Source: Deltaproteobacteria bacterium (GTDB lineage: Bacteria > Myxococcota > Kuafuiibacteriia > Kuafuiibacteriales > Kuafuiibacteriaceae). Taken from it: a stretch of DNA of 64,000 nt. Positions 18,669 to 27,784 of this stretch are shown here, one piece after another. The stretch spans positions 192,001 through 256,000 of the forward strand of contig JAVJQW010000011.1 of assembly GCA_040218735.1 (NCBI GenBank). The letters are read 5' to 3'. The notes under the pieces are model-generated. The model was not told where the DNA came from, did not search any database, and saw only the letters and a list, made by a program, of their open reading frames with translations. Position 1 is the stretch's first letter. Every line of letters starts with the position of its first letter. The position numbers and the translations under genes were made by a program.

Positions 18669-19571
18669 TCAGAAGTCTGCGATGCGCTCCACGAGCTGCG
18701 GCTGATCGACGAACGGGTTGCGGTTGTTCTGGTGGGTCGCGATGCGTCCGTTGCGCGCGCGCTCCCCGTCGGACGGCGGATCTTCACAGTGCCACCGGCG
18801 CAAGGTGCCTTCCTCCCCCGCGGGGATCGGGAGCTCGTACCGAACCGCGAAGTAGAAGTGCGCCCGTGCGATGTCGCCGCGTGTCTCGGCGCGCACCTCG
18901 AAGACCTCCGTCCTCGCGTCTTCGCCCGGGCCGAGGTGTGAGCCTCCGCCGCTCCAGGTGCACGCCGCCTCGCCAGCGTCTCCGCACGCGACGTCGCCGA
19001 ATTCGTGGACGCCGCGCGTCCCGTTCGCGTGGGCGATTGCCGGGAAGAGGTGGTGGAGGTCGCCCTCCGCGGGGAAGTTCTCGGCGCCGTCGCTGCGCGG
19101 CCAGCTGTGCTCGGTGGTGATGATGTCCTGGCCCATTCCGGGTGAGCGGGTCCCGTCGGCTTCGACCTGTTGGGCGGTGTAGACGCAGGTGACGAGGTTG
19201 TCCTCGTCGACGTCGACGCTCCCGGTGATGCCGTACATCAGGTTGCGCGCGGCGTCGTAGCCGAAGCCTCGCGCGCCGTCCGTCACGAGGTCGTGCAGCG
19301 CGGCGCGGAGGGCGGCGCCTTCCAGCTCGAGGGCATCCGCGTAGAGCGCGTCCTCGGCGGTCGTGTCGAACGTGCAGGGGTCGGGCCGCGGCCCACCGTC
19401 GCGTGCGCCGGCGTCGTGGGGACCGGCGTCGTGCGGACCGGCGTCGGGGGTGCCGGCGTCCGAGGCACCGCCGTCGCGTTCCGTCGTCGGCTCCGGCGGG
19501 TCCTCGATGCCGCTGCACGACACCAGCGCGAAGGCCGCGAGCACGAGGAACGATGACGAGCCGCGGGTCAC
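18669..19571 (-). CDS. endonuclease I family extracellular nuclease (lipoprotein)
   Basis: TEHSWPRS, DLHHLFPA, RGDIARAHFYFAVRY, NRNPFVD; lipobox LVSC; DAGPH linker repeats. Confidence 0.92.
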   Translation of the reverse strand: MTRGSSSFLVLAAFALVSCSGIEDPPEPTTERDGGASDAGTPDAGPHDAGPHDAGARDGGPRPDPCTFDTTAEDALYADALELEGAALRAALHDLVTDGARGFGYDAARNLMYGITGSVDVDEDNLVTCVYTAQQVEADGTRSPGMGQDIITTEHSWPRSDGAENFPAEGDLHHLFPAIAHANGTRGVHEFGDVACGDAGEAACTWSGGGSHLGPGEDARTEVFEVRAETRGDIARAHFYFAVRYELPIPAGEEGTLRRWHCEDPPSDGERARNGRIATHQNNRNPFVDQPQLVERIADF

Positions 19572-19632
19572 CGTTTGTCGGTACGTCGTCGCGCCCCTCC
19601 TCCGCAAGCGAGCTCGGGGTGACGCGGAAACA

Positions 19633-20571
19633 CTACCGGCGCTCACCGACCCAGTTGGCGGAGAACTTCGGCTCGAACGCGGGGAGCACGGTGATCTTGC
19701 CTTCGAACTCCGCGTCGCTCGAGAGCCGGTCGGCGACGCCGTCGTCGTCGTCGTCGATCAGCGTGACCTTGCCGCCGAGCTCTACGCCGCTGTCGAGGCG
19801 CGCCGCGCCCAGCGCAAACTGCCCCACGGTGTCGCGGACGAACTCACACGCGTTCGTCAACGCGCCGGCCGAGATGCTCACCGTCTGCCCGGCGACCGAG
19901 ATGTCGACGCTGCCGTCGCCGCCCGTCACCTCGTCCACGATCGCCTGACACGGCACCGCGTTCTGAATCGTGACTTCGAGCGAGGAGGCGTTCTTGCCGA
20001 ACAGGTGCGCGGTCACCGCGAGGACGAACTCACCGTAGTGGACCTGCAGCACGTAGTCGTCGAGCTCGACGCGGTCTTCTTCCTCGCGGTCGCCTTCGAT
20101 CTCCGCGGCGATCTTCACGTCGCTCGGGAGCAGATCGTCGCGCCACTCGAAGCGGTTCTCGCCGGGGATGGCGAGCATGGTGAGTTTCTCGGTGCCCTCG
20201 ACGTCGTCTGTGAAGACCAGCTCGGTCTCGACCTCGACGGCGCCGAGCGCCTCGCGGAGACCGACGACGACTTCGCCGTCTTCCTTGAGATCGTCGGGGA
20301 GCTGGCTGTCGATCGCGAGCTGGATGGGCGGCTTGAGGAGCGGGGTCGCGACGTCGATCGCCGCCCCCTCGATGAACCCTGGGGCGGCGAGGCTGATGGA
20401 CTCCGTGATGATGAGCTCGGCGAGCGCGCCGCCGATGCCGCCTCGACCGAAGGGCTCGCTGATGTCCCAGACGGCCGTGGTGTCGTACGTACCTTCGAGT
20501 TGGATGTCGCTGCCGCAGGCGGTGGTCGCGGCGGAACCGAGCAGGAGGGCGACGAGAGGGAGCTTCTTCAT
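19633..20571 (-). CDS. lipoprotein, unknown function
   Basis: MKKLPLVALLLGSAATTAC signal/lipobox; strong coding-type codon bias. Confidence 0.75.
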   Translation of the reverse strand: MKKLPLVALLLGSAATTACGSDIQLEGTYDTTAVWDISEPFGRGGIGGALAELIITESISLAAPGFIEGAAIDVATPLLKPPIQLAIDSQLPDDLKEDGEVVVGLREALGAVEVETELVFTDDVEGTEKLTMLAIPGENRFEWRDDLLPSDVKIAAEIEGDREEEDRVELDDYVLQVHYGEFVLAVTAHLFGKNASSLEVTIQNAVPCQAIVDEVTGGDGSVDISVAGQTVSISAGALTNACEFVRDTVGQFALGAARLDSGVELGGKVTLIDDDDDGVADRLSSDAEFEGKITVLPAFEPKFSANWVGERR

Positions 20572-20703
20572 GCGGCGGCGATGATTGCAGCCCGTGTGCC
20601 ACGCAAAAAGCCACCTCACCGACCGCTTCGCGTGTCGACGTAGCGCCACACCGTCGCTCCACCACCCCTTCGCGTGACCGAATCGGCGTGACGGCGGCGA
20701 CAC

Positions 20704-21774
20704 TCAGGGCCGCAGCAACGCAAACGCCCGCAGGAAGTTCTCGCCGAGCACCTTGCGAATACGTGGCTCGGACCACTTCCGATCCAGCATCGCCTGCACT
20801 AACCGTGGATAGCTGTCCCCGGAGCGGAGTTCCTTCGGCGGGATGATCGCGCCGTCGTAGTCACTCCCGATCGACACGAAGTCTTCGCCGACCACGTCGA
20901 TCACGTGCTGCATGTGCTCAACGATCATCTGTCCGTCGCGATGCCCGTGATCACCTTCGAGGAAGAACGCGGAGAAGATGATGCCAACGGTGCCGCCCGT
21001 GTCGGCGATCGCCTTCAACTGACGATCGTCGAGGTTGCGCCAATGCGGCTTGGCGCCGACGACCCCGGTGTGCGTATCGATCAACGGGCGCGTACGATCG
21101 TGTGCATCGACGGCGTCCCAGAACCCATCCGGGTGCACGTGCGCGAGATCCACGAACACGCGCGCTTCGTCGAGCTGCTCCACGAACCGACGCCCGCGCT
21201 CCGTCAGCCCCTTCGACCGACGCAACGAGGACATCGGCGAAGACGTCGTCCCGAGCACCGAGTTCGTCAGGTGCACGACGGTCACTCGGGTGATCTCGCG
21301 GTCCGGCACGGACAGCACACCGTCCGGCGCCGCGTCGAAACAGTTGCCGCCCTGCACCGCCAACATACACGCGTGGGCGTTCGCGGAGCGCGCGGCGGCG
21401 TACTCACTCCGCGTCCGCGCGAGCTTCATCATCCCGTCGGACGACGCGATCAGCGCGTGCATCCGCGCGAGGTTCTTCTCGAACGTCTTCCACCGCCCCG
21501 CCGCCGTGCGAAACGGGTTCGTCGTGATGGACCACATGCCGCCGGTCAGCCCCGCGTCCGCGGCGCGCGGGAGGTCGAGGTGCCCGAACGCGTGACCACG
21601 CAACCACGTCTGCGCGTGGCGCGTGAAGGGGTCGTAGCCGACGAGGCGCACCGGGATGAACGTGTCGAGGTGAAGGTCGATGACCTCCGCGTCGCGGGTG
21701 AGCTGAACGGCCTCGGTCGAGATGCCGAGGCGGGCCGCGACCCCGTTCACGTCCTGGTTCTGCTCGAACGCCAT
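20704..21774 (-). CDS. membrane/renal-type dipeptidase (peptidase M19)
   Basis: DLHLDT, HLDLPR, VDLAH, RNLDD, IGSDYDG, LGENFLR motifs. Confidence 0.9.
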   Translation of the reverse strand: MAFEQNQDVNGVAARLGISTEAVQLTRDAEVIDLHLDTFIPVRLVGYDPFTRHAQTWLRGHAFGHLDLPRAADAGLTGGMWSITTNPFRTAAGRWKTFEKNLARMHALIASSDGMMKLARTRSEYAAARSANAHACMLAVQGGNCFDAAPDGVLSVPDREITRVTVVHLTNSVLGTTSSPMSSLRRSKGLTERGRRFVEQLDEARVFVDLAHVHPDGFWDAVDAHDRTRPLIDTHTGVVGAKPHWRNLDDRQLKAIADTGGTVGIIFSAFFLEGDHGHRDGQMIVEHMQHVIDVVGEDFVSIGSDYDGAIIPPKELRSGDSYPRLVQAMLDRKWSEPRIRKVLGENFLRAFALLRP

Positions 21775-21863
21775 CGCGGAGCGGGCATACCGTCCGTTGG
21801 CAGTACCCGTCCACGGCGTTGACACCGCGGACGACGTTCGGGCGCCCAGGCCCGCGTTCGGCT

Positions 21864-21880
21864 CCGGCACGGACCGTGCT
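21864..21880 (+). promoter_or_regulatory. candidate sigma54 (-24/-12) promoter
   Basis: CCGGCACGGACCGTGCT = GG-N10-GC matching YTGGCACG-N4-TTGCW; upstream of an operon encoding a GAFTGA activator; core GCACGG-A-CCGTGC is also a palindrome. Confidence 0.55.
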
Positions 21881-21892
21881 GAAGGAGCCTCC

Positions 21893-22495
21893 ATGACACT
21901 CGACCTCTACGACGGATTCCTCGAAGTGGGCCGCGCCATCCGCCGGCCCGAAACGCTCGCCGAACGCTGGCGGGACCGCGCGCTGCTGCCCGAGGACGCC
22001 CCTCCGCTCGGGGTCTTCGTCGCGCTCACGCTCACCGCGATCCTGGGGCTCGCCGCCTACGGGCTCACGATGGGCATGCACCACGGCGCCGGCGGGATGC
22101 TCGCCGCCGCGGGGAAGGCGCCCCTCGCCGCGGGGGCCGGGTGGTCGATCGCCCTCCCCTCGCTCTACATCGTGAAGCAGAAGCTCGGCTCGCGCCTCGA
22201 CGCGAGCACCACCGCGCTCGCCGCACTCATCACCTGCAGCTTCGGCGCGCTCGCGATGCTCGCGGGGGCTCCGGTGAGTTGGTTCTTCACCGTCGCCGTC
22301 CCGGTCTCGTTCGTTCGTTACCTCGTCAACTTCATCATCTTCGCGGGCGTCGGCGTGGCGATGACCGACGTCTTCCTCCGCGTCATGAAACACATCGCGC
22401 CGGATGAGAGCCGCGCCACCGCGTTCCTGTGGCTCGGCCTCGTCGGAACCCTCGGCGCCGAGCTCATGGTGCTGCTCGACCTCTTCGACTTCTGA
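21893..22495 (+). CDS. integral membrane protein (Yip1-like, about 5 TM), paralog A
   Basis: GAAGGAG RBS; IALPSLY motif shared with the next gene. Confidence 0.8.
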   Translation: MTLDLYDGFLEVGRAIRRPETLAERWRDRALLPEDAPPLGVFVALTLTAILGLAAYGLTMGMHHGAGGMLAAAGKAPLAAGAGWSIALPSLYIVKQKLGSRLDASTTALAALITCSFGALAMLAGAPVSWFFTVAVPVSFVRYLVNFIIFAGVGVAMTDVFLRVMKHIAPDESRATAFLWLGLVGTLGAELMVLLDLFDF

Positions 22496-22511
22496 GCAAG
22501 GAGAATCAGCG

Positions 22512-23192
22512 ATGACTACCGAAACCCAAGTCCCCGGAATGTTCGACCTCGTCCTCTCGGACCAAGCGCGCCTCGATCGCCTGATGCTCGACGACAGCCG
22601 CGTCATCACCGTCATCGAGCAGCTCCTCGCCCTCTCCGTGCTCGGCCTCGTCCTCACGGGCGTAGCCGTCGGCGTCGCCGCCGAAGCCATCGACATCTCG
22701 AGCTACCACCCGCTCGCCGCGCTGTCCCGCGGCACCGCGGTGCTGTGGATGCCGCTGACCGCCGTCGCCGCGTTCCTCGGTGCGCTCTCGATCTGCCTCC
22801 CGAGCTTCTACTTCTATACCCAGCTCGCCGGCATCGACGCTTCGTTCCGCCTCGTCACGGCGCAGGCGCTCCGCGCGCAGGCCACGACTTCGGTGTTGCT
22901 CCTCGCGGCGCTCCCGGTGTTCCTCGCGCTCGCCCTCGCCAACGTCGCCGTCGACGTGGCGAGCGGATCTGGCGTGCTTTGGGTCGGCTTGCTCCTCCCG
23001 TTCGTGCTGGGGCTCTTCGGGATCAGCAGCGTCTACCGGAGCTTCTCGCGGCTGGTGCTCAGGCTCCCGAAGACCCATGCGCGCCGCGGTAAGTTCGTGC
23101 GACGCCTCGTCCTCGCGTGGGGCGCCGTTTACACCTTCGTCGCGCCGGTCGCGATGTTCCGCATCGGCCAGGCGCTCAGTGAGTTGCTGTGA
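22512..23192 (+). CDS. integral membrane protein (Yip1-like, about 5 TM), paralog B
   Basis: AAGGAG RBS; ICLPSFYFY motif. Confidence 0.8.
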   Translation: MTTETQVPGMFDLVLSDQARLDRLMLDDSRVITVIEQLLALSVLGLVLTGVAVGVAAEAIDISSYHPLAALSRGTAVLWMPLTAVAAFLGALSICLPSFYFYTQLAGIDASFRLVTAQALRAQATTSVLLLAALPVFLALALANVAVDVASGSGVLWVGLLLPFVLGLFGISSVYRSFSRLVLRLPKTHARRGKFVRRLVLAWGAVYTFVAPVAMFRIGQALSELL

Positions 23193-23848
23193 TGGGTGCG
23201 ACGGGAACGTTACTCATCTACGTCGTCGTCGGTCTCACCGTCGCGGCGTGGACGTGGATGGCGCGCCGCCACTCGGGCCCCTGGGCGCACGGCGTGGCGA
23301 CGCTCGCCGCGCTCGTCTTCTGGCCGGTGTTCCTGCCATTTGCGTTCGGTCGGGCGTCCCCGAGCGGCGCCGGGGAGCGAGGCTCGCGGTTCGACCAGCG
23401 CATCCGCGAAGGTGAGCTGCGGCTGGAGCGTGCGCTCGCGTCCCTGGAGGGCGTCGCCGAGAACCTGCTCGCGCCGCAGCGCGCGCACGTCGCGAAGCTG
23501 TCCGACGGGCTCCGGGCCATCGCGCGACGCGCAGAGGACATGGAGCAGCTCCTCTCGACGCCGGAGTTCGACCGGCGCCGCGCCGAGGCGCTCCTGTCGT
23601 CCACGGACGACGACGCTTACGCCGAGCGGCTGCGTCGGCGCCTCGACAACGTGGTGCGGCTGGAGACGATGCACGACGACGCCGTCCGTGACCTCGAACG
23701 CGCGCTCCTGCAGGTAGAGGAGATCGGCTCCAAGATGGTGCTCCTGCGCTTCGCCGAGGACCCGGACCACGAGGCGCTTCGCCTGCTCGAGGAGCTCTCC
23801 CTGACCGTCGAAGGGGCCACGGAGGGCCTCGCGCTGACGACACCGTGA
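23189..23848 (+). CDS. 2-TM protein with long cytoplasmic coiled coil
   Basis: LVFWPVFLPF TM then heptad-rich helix; overlaps neighbouring stop/start codons. Confidence 0.75.
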   Translation: MMGATGTLLIYVVVGLTVAAWTWMARRHSGPWAHGVATLAALVFWPVFLPFAFGRASPSGAGERGSRFDQRIREGELRLERALASLEGVAENLLAPQRAHVAKLSDGLRAIARRAEDMEQLLSTPEFDRRRAEALLSSTDDDAYAERLRRRLDNVVRLETMHDDAVRDLERALLQVEEIGSKMVLLRFAEDPDHEALRLLEELSLTVEGATEGLALTTP

Positions 23849-25521
23849 CACCCACCGAACCCACCGCTACGCTCGCTCCCGCCAACGCGATGCGCTCCCT
23901 GTACGCCTACAGCCTCGTGCCGGTGCTCTCCGTATCGCTGTTGCTGTTCCTCACCGCGGTGCGACGCGGGCGGGGGGCGTTCGGGCTCGCGGCGTTCGCG
24001 CTGACGGTCTGTGCGTGGTCGTTTTCGTTGTTCACGATCTGGATCCCGCCGCTCGCGGACCTCGGGGAACGGTTCGCGGCGATCGGTGCGTTCATCTCCG
24101 CTGGTTACCTGCACGCGGCGTACGACGTGACGCGGCAGCGCTCCTACCGCCTCGTGGTGTTCGCCTACGGCGTGGCGGCGGCGATCACCGCGGCGGGTGT
24201 GCTGCGCCCCGGGCTCCTCTACGGACCGCGGGCGATGGTGACGGGGCCGATGTTCTGGCCGTCGATGGCCCTCTCGGTGACCGCTGCCCTCGTCCCGCTG
24301 GTCCACCTCTACCGACGCTACCGCGAAGTCGACGTCGCCGAACGCGCGTCGCTGAGGTGGATCGGCGTCGCGGGGGTGCTGACCTACACGGGCGGGTTAT
24401 CGAACGCCGTACTCCTCTCCCACGGTTATCCTCTCCCCTACAGTATGTTCTTCGTCCTGGGTGGGTTGCTGGTCGTCGGCCACGTACTCAGAAGTCATGA
24501 GCCACGCCACGAGCGTCGCCTCCTGGAACGAAGCCTTCTGTACTCAGCGGTCGCCGCCTTTCTCTCGGCCGGATTTCTCTTCGGTGTAGTCACATTATTG
24601 CAGGGTTCCGATGAGCCATTTCTCGGCCAGTATCGAATTGGCGCTCTGTTTCTATTGTTCATGGCCGCGCTCGCCTTCGAACCCATTCGGCAACAACTCA
24701 CCGAGGTCGTAGGACGCAGCGTCGTGAAGAACCGCGCGCCCGCCACCGCGGTCGCGAAGGGCCTCGTGGAGCAGGAGGCCCGCGCCGAGCACGCGCAGCG
24801 TCTGGCGGAGATCGGCGCCCTCGCCTCCGCGGTTGCCCACGAAGTTCGCAACCCGCTCGGGGTCCTCTCCGCGCACCTGAAGCTCCTCGAACGCAAGGAC
24901 GTCGACCCCGACACGGTGGCGTCGATGCGCGAGCAGATTCAGCGCGCGTCCGTGTTCGTCGACGACCTCCTAACCTACGGACGCCCGCGCCCGCTGGAGC
25001 TGCGGTTGTTCGATCTCGTCGCGACGGTTCACCTCGCGACGTCGACCGCGAAGCAAGGGTCGCCGTTCGACACCGACGAGATCACATTCGACGTCGAAGC
25101 CTCGGCCGACGAGCTCCTCGTCGAAGCCGACCAGGCGCAGATTGCGCAGCTGTTCGTGGTGCTCTTCGACAACGCGATCGCCGCCGTTCACGATCGCGAC
25201 GGGCCCCAGCGCGTGATCACCCGATGCCGCAGCGCGGGTGATCGGCTCGTCGTCGAAGTGGAGGACACCGGCTCGGGCGTGCCGGATGCCGTGGTTTCGC
25301 GCCTGTTCGAGCCGTTCGTCACCAGCCGCAAACGTGAAGGGCCGCGCCCGGGGACCGGGCTGGGCCTCGCGATCGCCAAGAAGATCGTCGAGCGCCACCA
25401 CGGGCGGATCACGCTGGCGGAGGGCGCGCTCGGCGGGGCGTGCTTCGAGATTCACCTCCCGAAGGTCCAGGCCGTGCTTGCGTCCAGCGCCGAAGATGGC
25501 GGACAAGAGCGGCGCCCGTGA
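23845..25521 (+). CDS. multi-TM sensor histidine kinase
   Basis: AHEVRNPL H-box, N-box, DTGSG, FEPF, GTGLGL; 7-9 N-terminal TM helices. Confidence 0.93.
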   Translation: MTPTEPTATLAPANAMRSLYAYSLVPVLSVSLLLFLTAVRRGRGAFGLAAFALTVCAWSFSLFTIWIPPLADLGERFAAIGAFISAGYLHAAYDVTRQRSYRLVVFAYGVAAAITAAGVLRPGLLYGPRAMVTGPMFWPSMALSVTAALVPLVHLYRRYREVDVAERASLRWIGVAGVLTYTGGLSNAVLLSHGYPLPYSMFFVLGGLLVVGHVLRSHEPRHERRLLERSLLYSAVAAFLSAGFLFGVVTLLQGSDEPFLGQYRIGALFLLFMAALAFEPIRQQLTEVVGRSVVKNRAPATAVAKGLVEQEARAEHAQRLAEIGALASAVAHEVRNPLGVLSAHLKLLERKDVDPDTVASMREQIQRASVFVDDLLTYGRPRPLELRLFDLVATVHLATSTAKQGSPFDTDEITFDVEASADELLVEADQAQIAQLFVVLFDNAIAAVHDRDGPQRVITRCRSAGDRLVVEVEDTGSGVPDAVVSRLFEPFVTSRKREGPRPGTGLGLAIAKKIVERHHGRITLAEGALGGACFEIHLPKVQAVLASSAEDGGQERRP

Positions 25522-26897
25522 GCAGCCCCGAGCGTTCCCTCCTCCTCGTCGAAGACGACGCCGCGTTCCGCAAGGTCTACGGCGCGCTCCTCTCGGACGC
25601 GGGTTACGACGTCCACGAAGCCGCCGACCGCTCCACCGCGTCGGCCGCGCTGGCGGCGACGCGCTTCCCGGTGGTGCTCCTCGACCTGATGCTCCCGCCC
25701 GACGGCACCGTGGAGGGTGGCCTCGCGCAGCTCGCCGAGGTCACGTCGGCGTGGCCGATGACGAAGGTGATCGTCGCGTCGGGCGCCGGCGACACACAGA
25801 ACCTGCTCCAAGCGATCCGGGGCGGCGCCTATGACTTCCTCACCAAACCCATCGACCCGGACGTGCTCCTGATCGTCGTCGAACGCGCGATGACCAAGTT
25901 CAAGCTGGAGCAACGCGTCGAGTTGCTCCAGTCCGAGCTCGCCGAGAAGAACCCATCCGTGACGATGGTCGGTGAGAGCGCCTCGTTCAAACGCTGTGTT
26001 TCGATCGCCGAGCGCGTCGCGTCGAGTAACCTACCCGTCCTACTCACCGGGGAGAACGGCACCGGAAAAGAACTCATGGCGCGGACGGTCCATGACAGGA
26101 GTCGCCGCGCGAAAGAGAAGTTCGTCGCGATCAATTGTGGCGCGCTCCCCGAAAACCTCGCGGAGTCGATGTTGTTCGGACACGTGAAGGGCGCGTTCAC
26201 CGGCGCGGCGCGCGACCACGCCGGCCTGTTCGCCGAGGCGGACGGCGGCACGCTCTTCCTGGACGAGGTCGGTGACATGCCCCCGCTGCTCCAGGTCAAG
26301 GTGCTCCGCGCGCTCGAGTCGGGTGAAATCCTCCCGGTGGGTGCCAACGAATCCACGAACGTCGACGTGAGACTCGTGTCCGCGACCAACCGCGACCTGG
26401 ATCAGGCCCAGGCCGACGGAACGTTCCGCGAAGATCTCTACTGGCGCCTCAAGGGCGCGGAGATCGAGCTCCCACCGCTGCGGGAGCGCCTCGACGACAT
26501 CCCGCTCCTCGCGCGTCACTTCCTCAACCAGGCGGCGCACCTCGGGGCGGACCAGCGGGCGAAGCGCCTGTCGAAGGGCGGCGAAGAGGCCCTACTCGCG
26601 CACACCTGGCCCGGCAACCTGCGCGAGCTGAAACACGAGATGCAGCGCGCGACGGTGATGGCCGGCGACGAAGCGGAGATCGCGGCCGAGGATCTCTCGT
26701 TCATCCAGAAGCGAAGGCGTCATGTGGGCGCCACGGATCCGAAGACACTCTCCGACAAGATCGAAGCGCTGGAGCGGCAGGAGATCCGCGCAGCGCTCGC
26801 CGCGCACGACGACAACCGAACACACGCCGCGGCGGCGCTCGGGCTGTCGCGGCAAGGGCTGCTCAAGAAGATCGAGCGCTACGGAATCGAATCATGA
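25518..26897 (+). CDS. sigma54-dependent response regulator (NtrC family)
   Basis: Receiver (LVEDD, LLDLMLP, KP), GENGTGKE, GAFTGA, WPGNLREL, Fis-type HTH. Confidence 0.95.
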   Translation: MSSPERSLLLVEDDAAFRKVYGALLSDAGYDVHEAADRSTASAALAATRFPVVLLDLMLPPDGTVEGGLAQLAEVTSAWPMTKVIVASGAGDTQNLLQAIRGGAYDFLTKPIDPDVLLIVVERAMTKFKLEQRVELLQSELAEKNPSVTMVGESASFKRCVSIAERVASSNLPVLLTGENGTGKELMARTVHDRSRRAKEKFVAINCGALPENLAESMLFGHVKGAFTGAARDHAGLFAEADGGTLFLDEVGDMPPLLQVKVLRALESGEILPVGANESTNVDVRLVSATNRDLDQAQADGTFREDLYWRLKGAEIELPPLRERLDDIPLLARHFLNQAAHLGADQRAKRLSKGGEEALLAHTWPGNLRELKHEMQRATVMAGDEAEIAAEDLSFIQKRRRHVGATDPKTLSDKIEALERQEIRAALAAHDDNRTHAAAALGLSRQGLLKKIERYGIES

Positions 26898-27676
26898 CCG
26901 ACCTGGACCGACGAAGAGACGTCGCCCTCGCCGTCGCCGCGGAAGCCGGCGCGCTCGCGCTCGAGTATCAGCGTGACCCTGCGTCACTCGTCGTGGACGC
27001 CAAGGGCCCGCAGGACTGGGTGACGATCGCGGACCGCGAGGTGGAGCGCCTCGTCCGCCGACGCCTCACCGATGCCTTCGCCGGCGACGCCGTGATGGGC
27101 GAGGAGGACGGCGGCCAGGTCGCCGATCAACTCTGGGTCGTCGACCCGATCGACGGCACCACCAACTTCCTCCGCGGGCTGCCGGAGTACGCGGTGTCGA
27201 TCGCCTATGTGGAAAGCGGCGTCGTCGAGCTCGGCGTCATCTTTGCCCCCGCGCTCGGACACACCTGGGTCGCGCAGCGCGGTCAGGGCGCGACCTGCGA
27301 CGGCCGCGCGATTCGGGTGCGCGGCGGCGCCAAGATCGAAGAGGCCGTCATCACCGTGGGTTTCGACTTCAAACAGGGGGTCGAACCGTTCCTCGGGTGC
27401 CTGGAGCGCATCCTGCGCTCGGGCGCGGCGTTCCGGCGGTTCGGCGCCGCGACGATCGGGCTCGTATCGGTGGCGTCGGGGCACGTCGACGCGTTCTGGC
27501 AGATGCGCCTCAACCCCTGGGACGTCCTGGCGGGGCTGCTGATCGTGCAGGAGGCGGGGGGTCGCACCAACGACTTCCTGGCGGACGGGGGCCTCGAGCA
27601 CGGCAACCCCACCCTCGCCTGCGCCCCCGGCGTCGCGGACGCCATCGCAGACCTCGTCGGCATCCCGCTGATGTGA
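26894..27676 (+). CDS. inositol monophosphatase family protein
   Basis: DWVTIAD, GEE, WVVDPIDGTTNF, PWDVLAG. Confidence 0.93.
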   Translation: MTDLDRRRDVALAVAAEAGALALEYQRDPASLVVDAKGPQDWVTIADREVERLVRRRLTDAFAGDAVMGEEDGGQVADQLWVVDPIDGTTNFLRGLPEYAVSIAYVESGVVELGVIFAPALGHTWVAQRGQGATCDGRAIRVRGGAKIEEAVITVGFDFKQGVEPFLGCLERILRSGAAFRRFGAATIGLVSVASGHVDAFWQMRLNPWDVLAGLLIVQEAGGRTNDFLADGGLEHGNPTLACAPGVADAIADLVGIPLM

Positions 27677-27784
27677 CGGTCGAAGCCGAACGATCCAGGC
27701 GACACATCGTCGGTGTTGGACGACGCTCGCGCCCCGGGCGAGCCCCGCGTGGGGTGGCATCCGACTTGCTCCTCCGATCGACCG

